DNA of 64,000 nt, from the NCBI GenBank assembly GCA_030704615.1, contig CM060732.1, forward strand, positions 57,536,001 to 57,600,000, written 5' to 3'. The notes beneath the pieces are model-generated. The model saw only the letters and a program-made list of their open reading frames with translations. It was not told the origin of the DNA and searched no databases. Positions 1-12,032 of this stretch are shown piece after piece. The position numbers were made by a program, and so were the translations under genes. Origin of the DNA: Takakia lepidozioides. Lineage: Eukaryota; Plantae; Bryophyta. Numbering within the stretch: the stretch's first letter is position 1; each line of letters opens with the position of its first letter.

Positions 1-67
1 ATAGCAAAAGTAGGAAGGAGGACCTTCCCATGGTAACCAGTATACCCAAATCATTTTTGAAGGGGCC

Positions 68-326
68 CGAGGTAACAATTTCCCAAAGTAGCATTTTCCC
101 AAGGTAGCACTTCCCCAATGTAGCATTTTCCCAAGGTGGCACATTCCCAAGGTAGCGTTACCGCAAAGGTAACATTTACCAGAGGTAACATTTTCCCGAG
201 GTAACAATTTCTTGAGGTAACAATATCCAGTGGTAACAATTTCCTGAGGTAACAATTTCCCGAGGTTTCAAAATCCCAAGGTAGCAATTTCCAAAGGTAG
301 CAATTTCCCGAGGTAGCATTTTCCCA
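68..326. repeat. Minisatellite of ~20-bp units (consensus approx. GAGGTAACAATTTCC/AAGGTAGCATTTTCCC)
   Basis: About a dozen imperfect tandem copies of (G/A)AGGTA(A/G)CA(A/T)TTTCC; the 51..356 ORF is simply its translation. Confidence 0.85.
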
Positions 327-812
327 ACGTAGCCAGTAGTTCCGAGTATCTTGCACAAGAGAGTGGTAATGTGTTCAAGAAATAGCATGGAAGAGCACTG
401 TGGGGGAGATAACGGTAGTGAGGCCTGTACATGAATATCTGGATAAATGTATTTTAGATCAATGGTATCGAGGGCAAAGGCCCTTAAGTGACAAATAAGT
501 GAGTTGGAGCAACAATTCACAGTTTTTGTAAACTGAACAAACAGTTGATCACGATGCGAGAAGAGGTAATACATAGCAGTGGTGACTAGGGCAGAAGCTC
601 TTGAGTGATAGATCTGTGGGTAGCAGCAATTCACAATACTTTCAGCAAGAGAAAACATTTATCAATGAGTGGAGAAAGATGTTTCACAGCAATGGAGATG
701 AGGGCAAAAGCTCTCGAATAACAGACATGATGGGAGCAGCAATTCATAGGATTTGGAACAAGAACAGGTTGTCTGAGGCCAGATTTACAGCTAATAGGGG
801 TGAGAACATGCC

Positions 813-2225
813 TTAAGGGGGTGGGGGCAATTTCTTGTGCAGGGGGGCTGCCTTCATATCTGAGTCGTATGGATGCGGTGTCCAACGGCGTGTTCCTTGA
901 GGTGTGGTCAGCCAGCTGTTGTGCCCTGTCAGTTCAGTCCAGTCATTATGGTAAGAGCATGCAGGCATTACAGGGTTCGTAAATCCAAGTGTATACAACG
1001 TGAGCTGATAGTTGGAATGGAAAGCACGAGAGATAGCATATGCAGAAGGTAGAGTTACTTCCCTTGGTTGGTTGTCAGGAGTGTTTGGTACAACTACAGC
1101 AAAACCAGCTCTGAAGATGTCGCCATGGACCTCTTTGCCCTTTTCCAGATCTGCCAGGGCAGTGTGCAGAGTGACATTTGGTACAACTACAACAAAACCT
1201 GCAAGTGTCGCATTCCACGACACCACAACTCGTTCAGCCATAGTGTCAAACACTCCCTTTGCATCGTCGATGCACCCACATTTTGCATACATGTCCACCA
1301 GGGTATTGTTCAGAATGACAGTTGGTACAATTCCAGCTCTGAAGATGTCGCCATGGACCTCTTTGCCATTTTTCAGATCCAGGGCAGTGTGGAGAATGAC
1401 ATTTGGTACAACTGCAGCAGGACCTGCAAGTATTGCCTTCCACGACACCACATCTTGTTCAGCCATAGTGTCAAACACTCCCGTTGCATCGTCAGTGCAC
1501 CCACATTTTGCATACATGTCCACCAGGGTATTGTTCAGAATGACAGTGGGGACAATTCCAGCTCTGAAGACGTCACCATGGATCTCATTGCCCTTTTCCA
1601 GATCTGCCAGGGCAGTGTGTAGAATGACATTTGGTACAACTGCAGCAGAATCTTCAAACATTGCATTCCACGACACCGTATCTCGTTCAGCCATAGCGTC
1701 AAACACTCCCTTTGCATCCTCGATGCACCCACATTTTGCATACATGTCCACCAGGGTATTGTTCAGAATGACAGTTGGTACAATTCCAGCTCTGAAGATG
1801 TCGCCATGGACCTCTATGCCCTTGTCCAGATCTGCCAGGGCAGTGTGCAGAATGACATTTGGAACAACTACAGCTTTGATGATGTCATCAGGTACAGCTT
1901 TGCGCTTTTCCATGGCTGCTAGGCTCTTGTGATGTGTCCGGGGACTATGGGTGATAAGCAGAGCTAAGTGAAACAGAGACGAGTTGAGGCATAGAGGCAA
2001 AGAACCTTGTGTATGCTGAGGTGAGTCCATCTCTAGCATGGTCTGCTGCTGTAGCTGCCGCTCTTTCTCTTTCGAGCGCAGCCAGTTCTCCCGCTGAAAT
2101 GCCCTCATAGTAGGAACAGTCTGGTTTTGCAAGGTCTCTTCATCTTCACGCTGCCAAATCTGCAGCTCCTGCTCTTCCCTGGCTGGTCTGCCCTGCTGTC
2201 GTGGCACTGGGAGAGCTCTGCTCAA
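813..2225 (-). pseudogene. Chimeric ORF containing 3.5 tandem copies of a truncated PLS-PPR unit (76/76/75 aa) flanked by unrelated sequence
   Basis: Repeats of 'EKGKEVHGDIFRAGIVPTVILNNTLVDMYAKCGCIDDAKGVFDTMAERDVVSWNA' (PPR L/S/P motif pieces) with 228/228/225-bp period between ~1085 and ~1885; no E/DYW; N- and C-terminal parts are non-PPR. Confidence 0.75.
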
Positions 2226-2825
2226 GATGCTATAGTACTTACGATGCTTAAGCGACTGTCAAGCACACCGCTGCGCCTTTGTAGAGCATATCCCACGATC
2301 ATTGCATTCCAGGAGACCACGTCTTGTTGTGCCCTGTTGTCAAACACTTGACATGTAATCTCTACACTCCCGCAATTGGCATACCTGTCAACAAGGGTGT
2401 TCACCAGATTGACATCCGGGACAATTCCAGCTTTGAAGATGTCATCATGGAACACTTTGTCTTTCTGCAGCGCACCTTGGCTTGCACCCCCATTGAAGGA
2501 GGATGGTTCAACTGAAAGATCTCTGTGTAGGCATTTATGATGCATAAATGACAGTCAGGCACATTGCTGCGCCCTTGTTGAGCATATCCTTCGATCATTG
2601 CATTCCAAGAGATCACGACCTGTTGTGGTACATTGTCCCGCACTTGATGCGCAACCTCTATACTCGGGCATTTTGTAAACATGTCAACAGGAATGTTCAC
2701 CAGAATGGTATTCAGCATAATTCCAGCTTTGAAGATGGCATCATGGACCACTTTTCTTTTCTGCAGCACACCTTGGCTTGCACACGCATTCCAAGAGAAT
2801 GGTTCAATTGAAAGATCTCTGCTTA
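2222..2825 (-). pseudogene. Two further degenerate PLS-PPR fragments
   Basis: 'FHDDIFKAGIVPDVNLVNTLVDRYANCGSVEITCQVFDNRAQQDVVSWNAMIVGYA' and 'HDAIFKAGIMLNTILVNIPVDMFTKCPSIEVAHQV...VISWNAMIEGYAQQG', ~300-bp period, frameshifted relative to each other. Confidence 0.8.
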
Positions 2826-2829
2826 AGAT

Positions 2830-3030
2830 CTCTGCTGTACTGCTAGTATCAGCGGCTGACTTGGGCTCTAATGTAGAAGTTGAGGCAGCACTGAAAGAGT
2901 TAATTTTCTCCATGTCAATATACCTGGAAAAGAGATCCTCCCCTCCATTATCTGAAGGTGTAGGCATTTCGGAACCATGTATCCCAAGCTCGCGTTCGAA
3001 TGTAAAATCAACAGGCAGACTGCGGAACTG
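2830..3030 (-). pseudogene. Captured fragment resembling the N-terminal conserved region of group I (RF2a/VIP1-like) bZIP proteins
   Basis: 'SLPVDFTFERELG...GEDLFSRYIDMEKINS' resembles the 'RLPDD..F..DL...EDDLFSMY.DMEK.NS' motifs upstream of the bZIP domain; in frame with a PPR fragment; no bZIP domain present. Confidence 0.5.
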
Positions 3031-3149
3031 AGTAGAGTTGGGGCGAGTGAACAAGGTAGAGATCATGACAAGCGTTGAGGTCCTTGGCAAGGGGGTCACC
3101 TGATGTTGGGTCGGGGATATGTCAACCATGTGTGCATCACCTCTGAGAG

Positions 3150-4410
3150 CCTTTACCCGCGCCTTGACATATACAAGTTGAGGTGCTGCAGATCGTTGAA
3201 AAATCCAAAATCGCCTTGACCAAGGGCGTGGGGAGCCTTTCCTTCCTCCCCAATCATACACAGGTTGTGGAGCTGGCGTGGACCCAGCTGCTGCTGTTTG
3301 TAAGTCGTAGAGAGCCCAATGCTTGCCTTCGAGGTTAGAACTTCAGACTTCATTATAGATGGTGTTAAGCTGGAGAAGTATAGATGCAAGGCCCTGGTGG
3401 TGGGATGTGGAGACCAGGTTTGGTTGACCCGCATTAGAGTAGTATGATCGTTCTCTTGTGGTAGCCGCTCGAGGCACCATAGGTGAGCCTCCAGGGTATC
3501 AGGCCCTTGCAGATTGGCACGTTGAGAGGTAGGATGTGGGGTGACAACCCTACTGTTCTTGTCGACAGAGATCTTTACAAGGCATTGCCAACTCGGGGAT
3601 GACTGCAGTTGAAATGACACATCTTTGGGGTAAAGAGGGGGGTTACCTTGTACATCCCGAGTGATGCTAGGACTGTGGCTAGTGCAACGGGCGAGGGGGA
3701 GCCATTGGGAGCAGTGCGGCGATGGTCCTAGATCATAGAAGTGGCTCGAGCGCGCAATCTTGGCCATTGTGAGCAGGGTGCAAGCAGTTTGGTGAAGTAT
3801 TAGAGGCTGTGGTGTCTCCATCTCATAGCGCAATGAACAATCGCGCAACAGGTGCTCGACTTGAGCTGGTGATTTGATCCTTGGTGACGGGGTTGGTGGG
3901 GAGTTCCGGCAGGTCCCGTTGTGGCAGGGGCGTTGTCGCGTGACGTCCTCGAGTCCAGTGCTTTCCTCTGTGCACTATGCTCGCGGTGAGACACACATAC
4001 ATAGTGTGCGTTGGGGTATGCTTGGGCTTCAAACCAAACCTCCAGGAGGATACCATGCTGTAGATACACTTTTACCGTTGTAGGGGATTGGGAGACTGCA
4101 AGAATGTGAACGACGTCTCTTGGACACCATAGGGTAGACGCAGCGCTGGTGAGAGGAGCTGGCTGTTCCAGCAACGCGTCGTGCTGGTGATGTGTGGGGG
4201 CAAACAGCCCCCTGGCCTGTGCAGTACTGTATCTTGGTCTCTACCGGGTTTAATAAACTGGGATTGGAGGTTGAAAAACTTCTCAGAATTGAACATGGTG
4301 TAGCTTAAAAGAAGCGCAAACAATAGACAACATGAAGATTGATAACGTCTATCACCAACGCGGCAGATACACTGCGCAGCAACGAGGAGAGCACGAGACT
4401 TGGCCATGGC
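3150..4410 (-). mobile_element. Possible degraded LINE ORF1-like remnant
   Basis: Broken ORFs; 'YPNAHYVCVSHREHSAQR' resembles a decayed zinc knuckle; weak. Confidence 0.25.
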
Positions 4411-6768
4411 GGCGGTCAGAGCTAAATCGTAGAGTAGACTAGAATAGCGGAAACTCCAGAAAAGAAGAAGAACAACAAATTACTGGGGAGGAATATAGCG
4501 GAACCCTATGGGGATAGTCATGACTAAAAGTAGCGAGAACTAGAGCGGGAAGCACCGCCCCCCTCCCGCGAGCTCGTTTCGATATTACTCTATGGCATAT
4601 CTGGAAAATGAGATGCTCTATCCTCTTCCAAAATTCAATTCCCTATTTGCAGAAGCTATTGTTCCTAGTTCACTCAGACATGTTGTCAGAGGCTTGCAAG
4701 GCATGGGATGTTTTGGTGGCAACTCTTTCCAGGTGTAATAACAGAAGGAGAAACCAGCTCATTGCAGCATTTGACAGCTCGGGGGGGACAGGAGGGTTCT
4801 TCTGCAGACAGATTTCAGAGTCAAGACTTCCCACTCTGCTGGCATCTCCATAGGAGCCAAACGGTCCCCCCTCGAAACTGAAGAAGGGGAAGTGAATTGG
4901 AGGCACCAAAGAAGTCTTAGAACGGCAAAATCTAAGACCCAGTTATCAATTGAGAATCCCAAAAGGAAGCGGGGTTGTGTACCCATTTTCTTGTACTATG
5001 CTTCTTGCACTCCTCCCTGCTGCTAGGGATCTTGGTTACATTTTCTTGCCATAGTTGTATGTTCTTACTGCTACAATATGGTGTAGTTAGTATATGGCTC
5101 CAGCTTAGGCCCTGTTGAAGGAGTGGAGCTCCCCTCAGAAGTTGCTGCTGGCTCTTCTGCCCTGCATTAGCTTTGTCCACTTTATCTCCCCCCTCTCTTT
5201 GGATCTGCAGGCTCGGAGTGGTATCTCAGTCCTCCGCCTTTTGGCTCTATGTGAGGTTATTTTTTCCTTACCTCCATTTTAATAAAGTTTTACAGGGCTA
5301 CTATCCCCCTGTTCTGCCCAAAAAAAAAAACTATTTCACTCATCCTCCAAGTGGCCCTCGTTGTGGTGCATCATATCATTACCTGAAACGCTGACGTGCT
5401 CAATGTTGGCTCATCGTTTTTGCTGCAGTATGATCTAACGATTCTTAATAGGCCACGTGGAGTCCAAGTGGTGAAAGGAGACCGTTTCACACGAATGGCT
5501 GGAGGCCTGAAATAGACATATTGTAATTGCCCATTCGTCTCCTTCGCGTCGCTCAGGGCTTCGGCGAGCATCTCTCGCGTTTGGGAAGCACGCCATGCTT
5601 TCCGTTAATGTTGAGTCTTCAAGTCCATGTCATGTGGTAGCGATTCTTTGTAGGAGATTTCTGATCTTCGGCTTTTATTACTGAGTACGTCTCTTTGACG
5701 GCATAGATCTTCCAGTGACTCTTCTACTAATTTTAATCATTTTGAATTTCACCATCTCGTTTCTTAGTTGGAATCAAGCTCCACTTCATACAATTAACTC
5801 TTCTGTTGAGTGCTGTTTCGCACCAGTTATTTAGCAAGATTGATCTCTCTTTAGTAGGATTGGATCCCGATACTCTTCGGCTAGTAGCAAGATGATGGCC
5901 CTACATTTTCTCTGTTTACGTTAGCAATTTTTCGTAGAATATATATTGGCACACGGGAAATCTTGTGGAGGAATATTGCTTTTCTAGCTCTGGCAGTAAG
6001 CTGACTTTTCATGCTTCTCTGCTGTGCTGTCCAAGCTCTTCCTATAACCTTCCTTTCTCTCGGAAGTCTCCTGGATCTGAAAATAGCCTCAAATAGTGAC
6101 ATCGATGTTCCATTTCTTCTGTTGCTAGCATTTTTCATAAAGTCGCTCCTGCTAGTGACGTTGGTCACCGTCTCATCGTTCAGAAGCATCGATCTTCCAT
6201 CTCCTTTCGTAGCGAATTTGCTCTTAAGACCTCTTCTCTTATTCCTAGTAGTAGCCTGCTTACATATACTTAAATCTGTTTTGTTAGTGACCTTAATCTC
6301 TTCAACTATTCACGTCTCGTCTTTGACTTACATTGTTCTTCCATGCATACTGTTGTTAATTGTGATTTTAAGATCACTTTTGTTTCTAACACTGGTTTTT
6401 CATCTCTTTTATTGGTAGTTTAACTTAATCCTTTTCCTGAGTTCATGTCTGATCTGACTGCCATGAATGTTCATATGCAGAGTGGAGGTGTAAGTAATTT
6501 GCAGAGTGTTTCAGAATCTAAATGTGGCCACTAAACACACAGTTAGCTCTTACACACAGATTGGAACTCACTGCCTGGTCCTTGTGGCCCCCTCCCCTTC
6601 ATTTTCTACCTCCCTCATGTGATCTTATTGAGTGACTTTCAACTATACAGAATTGGACAACAGAAACAAGTAGAGAGGGGTACGGAGGGTGGGGGTCCCG
6701 TACGAGCTTTGAACCGTTGTTCGGGTGTCAGGAAGAATAGGCAAGGAGGGGAAGGCACAAAAAAGAGG

Positions 6769-8151
6769 ATGAATTCTAGACATGGAGCACGGCGTTTCTG
6801 GACGGGTATGCTGGGAGGGACCTTTGAAGAGGGCAGCGAAGCAAGTTGCAGTGTCACTACCTATGACTTCAGCAAGGCAGCACAGATGTATAGAACAGTT
6901 GATCAGGATCTCTTTTATTTACCAATAAGCAAGGAGAGAGAGTCTTCTAAGAAAGATCCATCTGCCACCGACGAAAGAATCTGGAGTGGCTTGCCAGATG
7001 ACCTAATAGACAGAGTCCTCGCCTGGTTGCCACTACCAAACTTTTTTGCCTTCCGTGTTGTATGCAAGAGATGGAATGATGCCATTGCATCCCCAAGCTT
7101 CTATCATCTCTGCGCTGATGTTCCATCAATAGGACCTTGGTTTGTCATCAGCGCAAACGAGAGTTACAAGGCGAGCTCAGCCTATGACCCTGTATCAAAC
7201 AGATGGTATAATTTCAGGTTCCCATGCGCCAAGGACGCCAATAAGTGCGGCGACTTGGGGCATCCCATTGCAGCAGCTGAGGGCCTGGTTTGTTCTTGCT
7301 TGTTTGTTCGTGGTTCTGAGTATCTCTGTGTTTGCAACCCTATGACCAAGGCTTGTACTGAACCGGTTCAAATCCCGGTGAACTCTGATAACTTTCTCGC
7401 GGGCATGGTTGTCGACAAGAGATCGAAGGCCTACAAAATTGTCATTGCAGAATGCAGCTCGCATTCAAAGGGCAACATCGACTCTGACTCGATATCATCA
7501 GAGGGCTCAGATGCAGAACTCGAGGAAGCGGAGAGCTATGAAGTTAAAGCAGTCGTCTACGATTCTAGGGAGCCTCGTCTATGGAAAAAAGGTAGCAGCC
7601 TCGTGATGGAAGGCCATCTCGACTCCGGTAGTGCAATGTGCGAAGGCATATTTTATTTTGTGACACACGGAGCATACAAGCCAAATGGTCTGATTGCATA
7701 TGATGTGCAGCGAGACCAATGGAGCAGATTTAATGTAGTTATGCCTCGCCTGCTTCTGTATGCTTACCTTGTTGATCACCAAGGTCTTCTCATCATGGTA
7801 GGAGGCCTTGGGAAATTCAATGTCACTACAAAGATCTGGATATGGGAGCTCGATCAAACAAGCCAGCAGTGGATGCTCTTTGGCAAATTACCTCCAAAGA
7901 TATTCAAGGAGTTTTTCAGTATGTCACCTTCGAAGTATTTCATGTGTGCTGGACATGGCAACTTAGTGTATTTATGTACTTACAAGAATACTCGGGGGCT
8001 TGTGTATGACCTGCGGGAAAAAATGTGGCAGTTCTTGCCCAACTGCCCTGTTATGACTAAGCACCCTTCCATCACCCCAAGTGGATTTTGCTTTGAGCCC
8101 CGGCTGGATGGATCTGTTAGTGGGCGTCATGAACCTGATGCTCCATCCTAG
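6769..8151 (+). CDS. F-box/kelch-repeat-like (F-box + beta-propeller) protein, intronless CDS, 460 aa from first ATG
   Basis: F-box 'IWSGLPDDLIDRVLAWLPLPNFFAFRVVCKRWN'; downstream 'AYDPVSNRW', 'VCNPMTK', 'LIAYDVQRDQW', 'LIMVGG', terminal 'GFCFEPRL' typical of plant F-box/kelch proteins; first ATG 6769, TAG 8149-8151. Confidence 0.93.
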   Translation: MNSRHGARRFWTGMLGGTFEEGSEASCSVTTYDFSKAAQMYRTVDQDLFYLPISKERESSKKDPSATDERIWSGLPDDLIDRVLAWLPLPNFFAFRVVCKRWNDAIASPSFYHLCADVPSIGPWFVISANESYKASSAYDPVSNRWYNFRFPCAKDANKCGDLGHPIAAAEGLVCSCLFVRGSEYLCVCNPMTKACTEPVQIPVNSDNFLAGMVVDKRSKAYKIVIAECSSHSKGNIDSDSISSEGSDAELEEAESYEVKAVVYDSREPRLWKKGSSLVMEGHLDSGSAMCEGIFYFVTHGAYKPNGLIAYDVQRDQWSRFNVVMPRLLLYAYLVDHQGLLIMVGGLGKFNVTTKIWIWELDQTSQQWMLFGKLPPKIFKEFFSMSPSKYFMCAGHGNLVYLCTYKNTRGLVYDLREKMWQFLPNCPVMTKHPSITPSGFCFEPRLDGSVSGRHEPDAPS

Positions 8152-8890
8152 GAAAAGAGGGGTTGCTTTCCATTCAGAAGATGTGGAAGGAATTTGAATG
8201 TATAGGCAAACCTACGCGAGTCTATGTTTGGCCAATGGATTGCCTGCCTCTCTTCTCAAGGTTACCAAATATGTTGTCAGATTTTAGATTTCGGTATATA
8301 TATTTGGCTCCTTCCTGGCAGCCTAGACACAGAATCACACAAACACAGTATGCATATCATGGTATTGTGACTAGAACTCCCAAGATCCCTTGTGCAGGGG
8401 CAAGTAAAGATGCACTGCGCGACGCATACTCTCTGTAGTGGGATTTAACAGGTACATGGGCGAAGGTTGCAGCAGGAATGACTAATAGGGGTCATTTACA
8501 CAGCTCTCCCTTGAGAGTATACAGGTCCACACTCTAAACAGCAGTCACTGCTCATTCCCCTCCTCCATCTACCCTCCAACTCCAGCATTGGGAAGAGAAA
8601 AACTGGACAAGGACTGCACTTTCTAAAATATCCATCTCCACTTTCTTATCACTTTAGTGAAACGACCTCAACACCAGCACCTCGGTCAATATTAAAACTC
8701 CTGCAAAGTACATTATTGTCAATTGTATACTGGAATTACGAGCTGATTTATTGTCCCTTATAGAACAAACCCTGTGAACAGTTTCCAATGCATCACGACT
8801 ATGGGTCTGGCCTATAGCACAGCGTCCAAAAGGAACGCCCGATGAGTACATTTGAAACTCACCTTGCCACTGAAGCAATATACCCATGCC

Positions 8891-11664
8891 TTAAATTTTA
8901 CTGGTGCTAACAATGTCAAAGCTGATGCCATTCTTCTGCAAGCCCTGCTGCAGATCATTAACACCTAACACGGTGCCTGGTGTGTATACACCTCCTTTAG
9001 GTAGATGCTTTCTCTCATCCAACACTATGAGTGCCGCCTGAATCAGGCAGATAGGTGTTGTCAAATACCCAATGTCTGGCCCGGCAATGCGGGTCACCAC
9101 CTGCTTGTCAGGAACCGATGTGGAGGTGACAGTGCGGGGATCACTGTAGCCCCGTCCGACAAACCACATCTTGAATGAAGAGCTGTTCACCTCCTCCTCC
9201 GTGGGACCATCCGTTTGGAACACCCCAAACGAAAAAAACTCAGGGTACCGCAAGAGCATGCTCCGGCCTAAACTGAAAGTGCCAAGCACTCCCACAAAGA
9301 GCCCTATCAAGAACAACCCAATAACCCCAATTATTGATTTTTGGACAACGTAGCACCCGTAATGTACAGGCTTTATGGACGCAATAGCATTTCTCCGTCT
9401 CTCCAGTGTCTCACTATCTTCTGCCTCGGCTGCGGGTAGGCCATTGGGATTCTCCACAATTGTGGAGAGCAGCCTGCGAACCACTGCTGCATCGGCTGAC
9501 GGAAGCTTCATTGCCCATCCTCCAGCATGCTCTTCCCATTGGACAAGCCCCGGCTTCTTGGCTGGCCCCCCGGGTATCTATAAAACCACAATGTTGGTCA
9601 GCCACAGTAACCTTCTCCTGACTTGGCTCCATTTACGGTACTGCCTCTACACTCCAAAAATCCAACTTACTTGTGGGGCTTCATGAATTCCATCTTGAGC
9701 CCAAGGAAAAAAGAGCAATCAGTCACAGACCCGAGTCTAGGGATGTTGGCCCAGCAACACTCCCAGTAAAAATATCACCAGGAAAAGAAGGGGGAGGAAA
9801 CTTAAGAAGAAGAAGAAGAAGAGCCAAATGTAAGATTACCTGCAGCCGTGCCCGTCTGGGCCTTGATTTCCGAAGCTTCTGGAGCTGGGCCACATTCATA
9901 ACACTCAGCACAAAAGACTCCCATGTCCCAATATTACCCTTCAATCTATTCAAATCTGATTCCAAAACCAGATAAGAATCCACACTGTTGGGCACTGATG
10001 GGGGCTCAAATTGACGTGTGTTGAAGATTACTCCCAGTTCAGCAGGTATTGAATCATAACCACAGGCATTGAGTATCAGCGCACCTGTTGCCATTTGGTT
10101 TCACTGCATCAGTCAGGAATAAGCTTTAAGCTTGCACACTATATCTAAAGGAGGTTGAAAAACAGTTCACATACTGTTGCCCAGAAGCAAGGAAGTTAGT
10201 AGGACAGAAACGGTAAGAGCATGAACTCCTATTTCGACACACATGTCCTTGGTTTGAGGGCACTAACTTGGAAGTGCCATGCTCACTTGATGGCATCCCA
10301 TCACAAGAAGCTTCACTGATCTCACACACGAATGTAACATCATGTGATGGATGGAGATATTGAAGAGGCCATGCGGTCATTGACACTTCTCTGTGACATC
10401 CTAATTCCTGTGGGGATTACAAGCCCTCATGGGCAAGTCATGGGGCCCTTGACACGTTGGATACAAGACTGAACCCAAGGGATTAGCAAAACACAGGCAC
10501 ATTGCCAATCAAAATCCTGTTAGTCAGGACTGAGTGCTAATTTGAGGACACCGACATCAAATTAGAAATAATGTCATTCACTGAAAACATATAGAAACAG
10601 TGAAGGAAAAACAAGTTTGTCCTATGCTATGATTACACACACAATAATGTCAGCCTATAGTATGTGAGTTTCTGTGAGAGATTGCCCTATGGTATCATCA
10701 CTAACAAGCAAGAAAACATTCAGTGTCCATCTTCTCCATGACCGATGACATAATGCAGGATCTGTAACAAGGATCTGGGATCCAACTGTTGAAGTGTGTG
10801 AGTGCATTATTCGATAAAGATGGCCACCTGCCTGAGAAAATTATAAAATCTTAAATGCACCTAATCCTGGAAGAGTGGGCTCCATCCAGAACTGGAATTT
10901 GAAGGTAATGAGTGAAGCCAATCAACCATGTCAAAAAGATGAACCTGAGGAGTAGCTCTTGTGGTAGAGGTTTTCTTACTGACACAACCTGACCACCACA
11001 AAATCCACAAACACACTGAAAGCGGTTCATAATCAACTCTGGACACACATCTCATCCGCTCTCATATTCAAATCATGCTGGGTTGATGCAACTTCTGCAC
11101 AGTGGTTAGCCAAACATCTCCCACTGATACATGAAAAGATGGATCGTGGACCACCCCCAAAGTGTCTTGGTTTCAAATCTGCTTTCAACCCAAATGAAAC
11201 GACGGAGAATGGGCACAGCTCCGAATGTACTAAACCTTCATCTCCATACCTGTGTCCTGGGCCCTTTCATGGTAGAGAGCTTCCACCGTCTCCATGAACT
11301 CGGGCTCCCCTGTCACATCCAGGTAATCAACCCCAGCGTCCACACAGGCCTTCACCACGGGCAGGCCATACTTGCGGTAAGGTCCCACACAGCTGATCAA
11401 CAGCTTGGTTTTTTGGCAGAGAGAAACAAGAGACTCTACATTCTGAACATCTGCTTCGAAGATGGGGATGGAAGGAGACACCGCGGGATCCTGTGCCGCC
11501 CATGTGAGAGCGGCCGCCAGCTTTTTCTTGCTACGCCCAGCTATGGCGATGTGCAAGGTCTTCCCACCTGGCCGTTCCCTGAACTTGAGAATCTCCCGCA
11601 AGACATACTTCCCAGTGTAGCCCGACGCCCCTAATATCACCACATCCACCACCTCTTCCACCAT
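8891..11664 (-). CDS. Saccharopine dehydrogenase-like oxidoreductase (SCCPDH-like); exons 11664-11250, 10084-9840, 9577-8891
   Basis: Rossmann 'VILGASGYTG', 'IAGRS', 'CVGPYRKYG', 'YLDVTGE', 'ACGYDSIPAELG', C-terminal 'GGVYTPG'; GT-AG boundaries join in frame (QDT-G-ALILNAC; ARLQ|IPGGPAKK). Confidence 0.93.
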
Positions 11665-11739
11665 AGCTCGTCTCTCTCGCTCGCTCTGTATGTGTATGCA
11701 CAACACCCAACACCCAACCAGTATGGCACACCATAGAAG

Positions 11740-11845
11740 AGGCCCGGGAGTTTAATGCCAGCCCAAGGGTCCTGCCTGCGTGGCACCCCCCACGCCCCCA
11801 GACGCACGCGCTTCGCGCGGTCGCCGCGGCCCGGGACCCCTTGGT
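11740..11845. promoter_or_regulatory. GC-rich putative bidirectional promoter between the oxidoreductase (-) and the PDF-PPR-DYW gene (+)
   Basis: Short CpG-rich island with GGCCC/GCCCA motifs between divergently oriented genes <400 bp apart. Confidence 0.4.
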
Positions 11846-12032
11846 CTGCTCATATTTTTGTGTACCGAATTCTACTGAGTGAGGTTAGAATGTCGCGTTG
11901 ATCTGCAAAAACTGCTTATAAGCGTAGGAGATTGTTCTGAGCAGGGCATGAAAGTAGGATTCTCCCTGGAGTTTGTAAGGTACTTGGCAGGGTTGAGACG
12001 GTTCCTCATTAGAGTCCAATGAACTTATATGA

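Noticed and set aside
68-326. CRISPR-like array
   Set aside because: Units are contiguous and degenerate with no unique spacers, no cas genes, and the context is eukaryotic
1012-1932. 306-aa plus-strand ORF (also 13449-13946, 21197-21799, 34337-35110)
   Set aside because: Antisense shadows of PPR, histone H1 and gag coding sequence
6011-6418. Hydrophobic 135-aa ORF resembling a membrane protein
   Set aside because: T/C-rich sequence upstream of the F-box gene, likely a 5' UTR intron (acceptor-like TATACAG at ~6650); low-complexity translation
6619-6768. N-terminal extension of the F-box ORF
   Set aside because: Starts at GTG; first ATG is 6769
11030-11150. 'CWVDATSAQWLAKHLP' in the oxidoreductase intron as a further PDF motif
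   Set aside because: Lacks the WWDNR and DFKHK cores; similarity too weak
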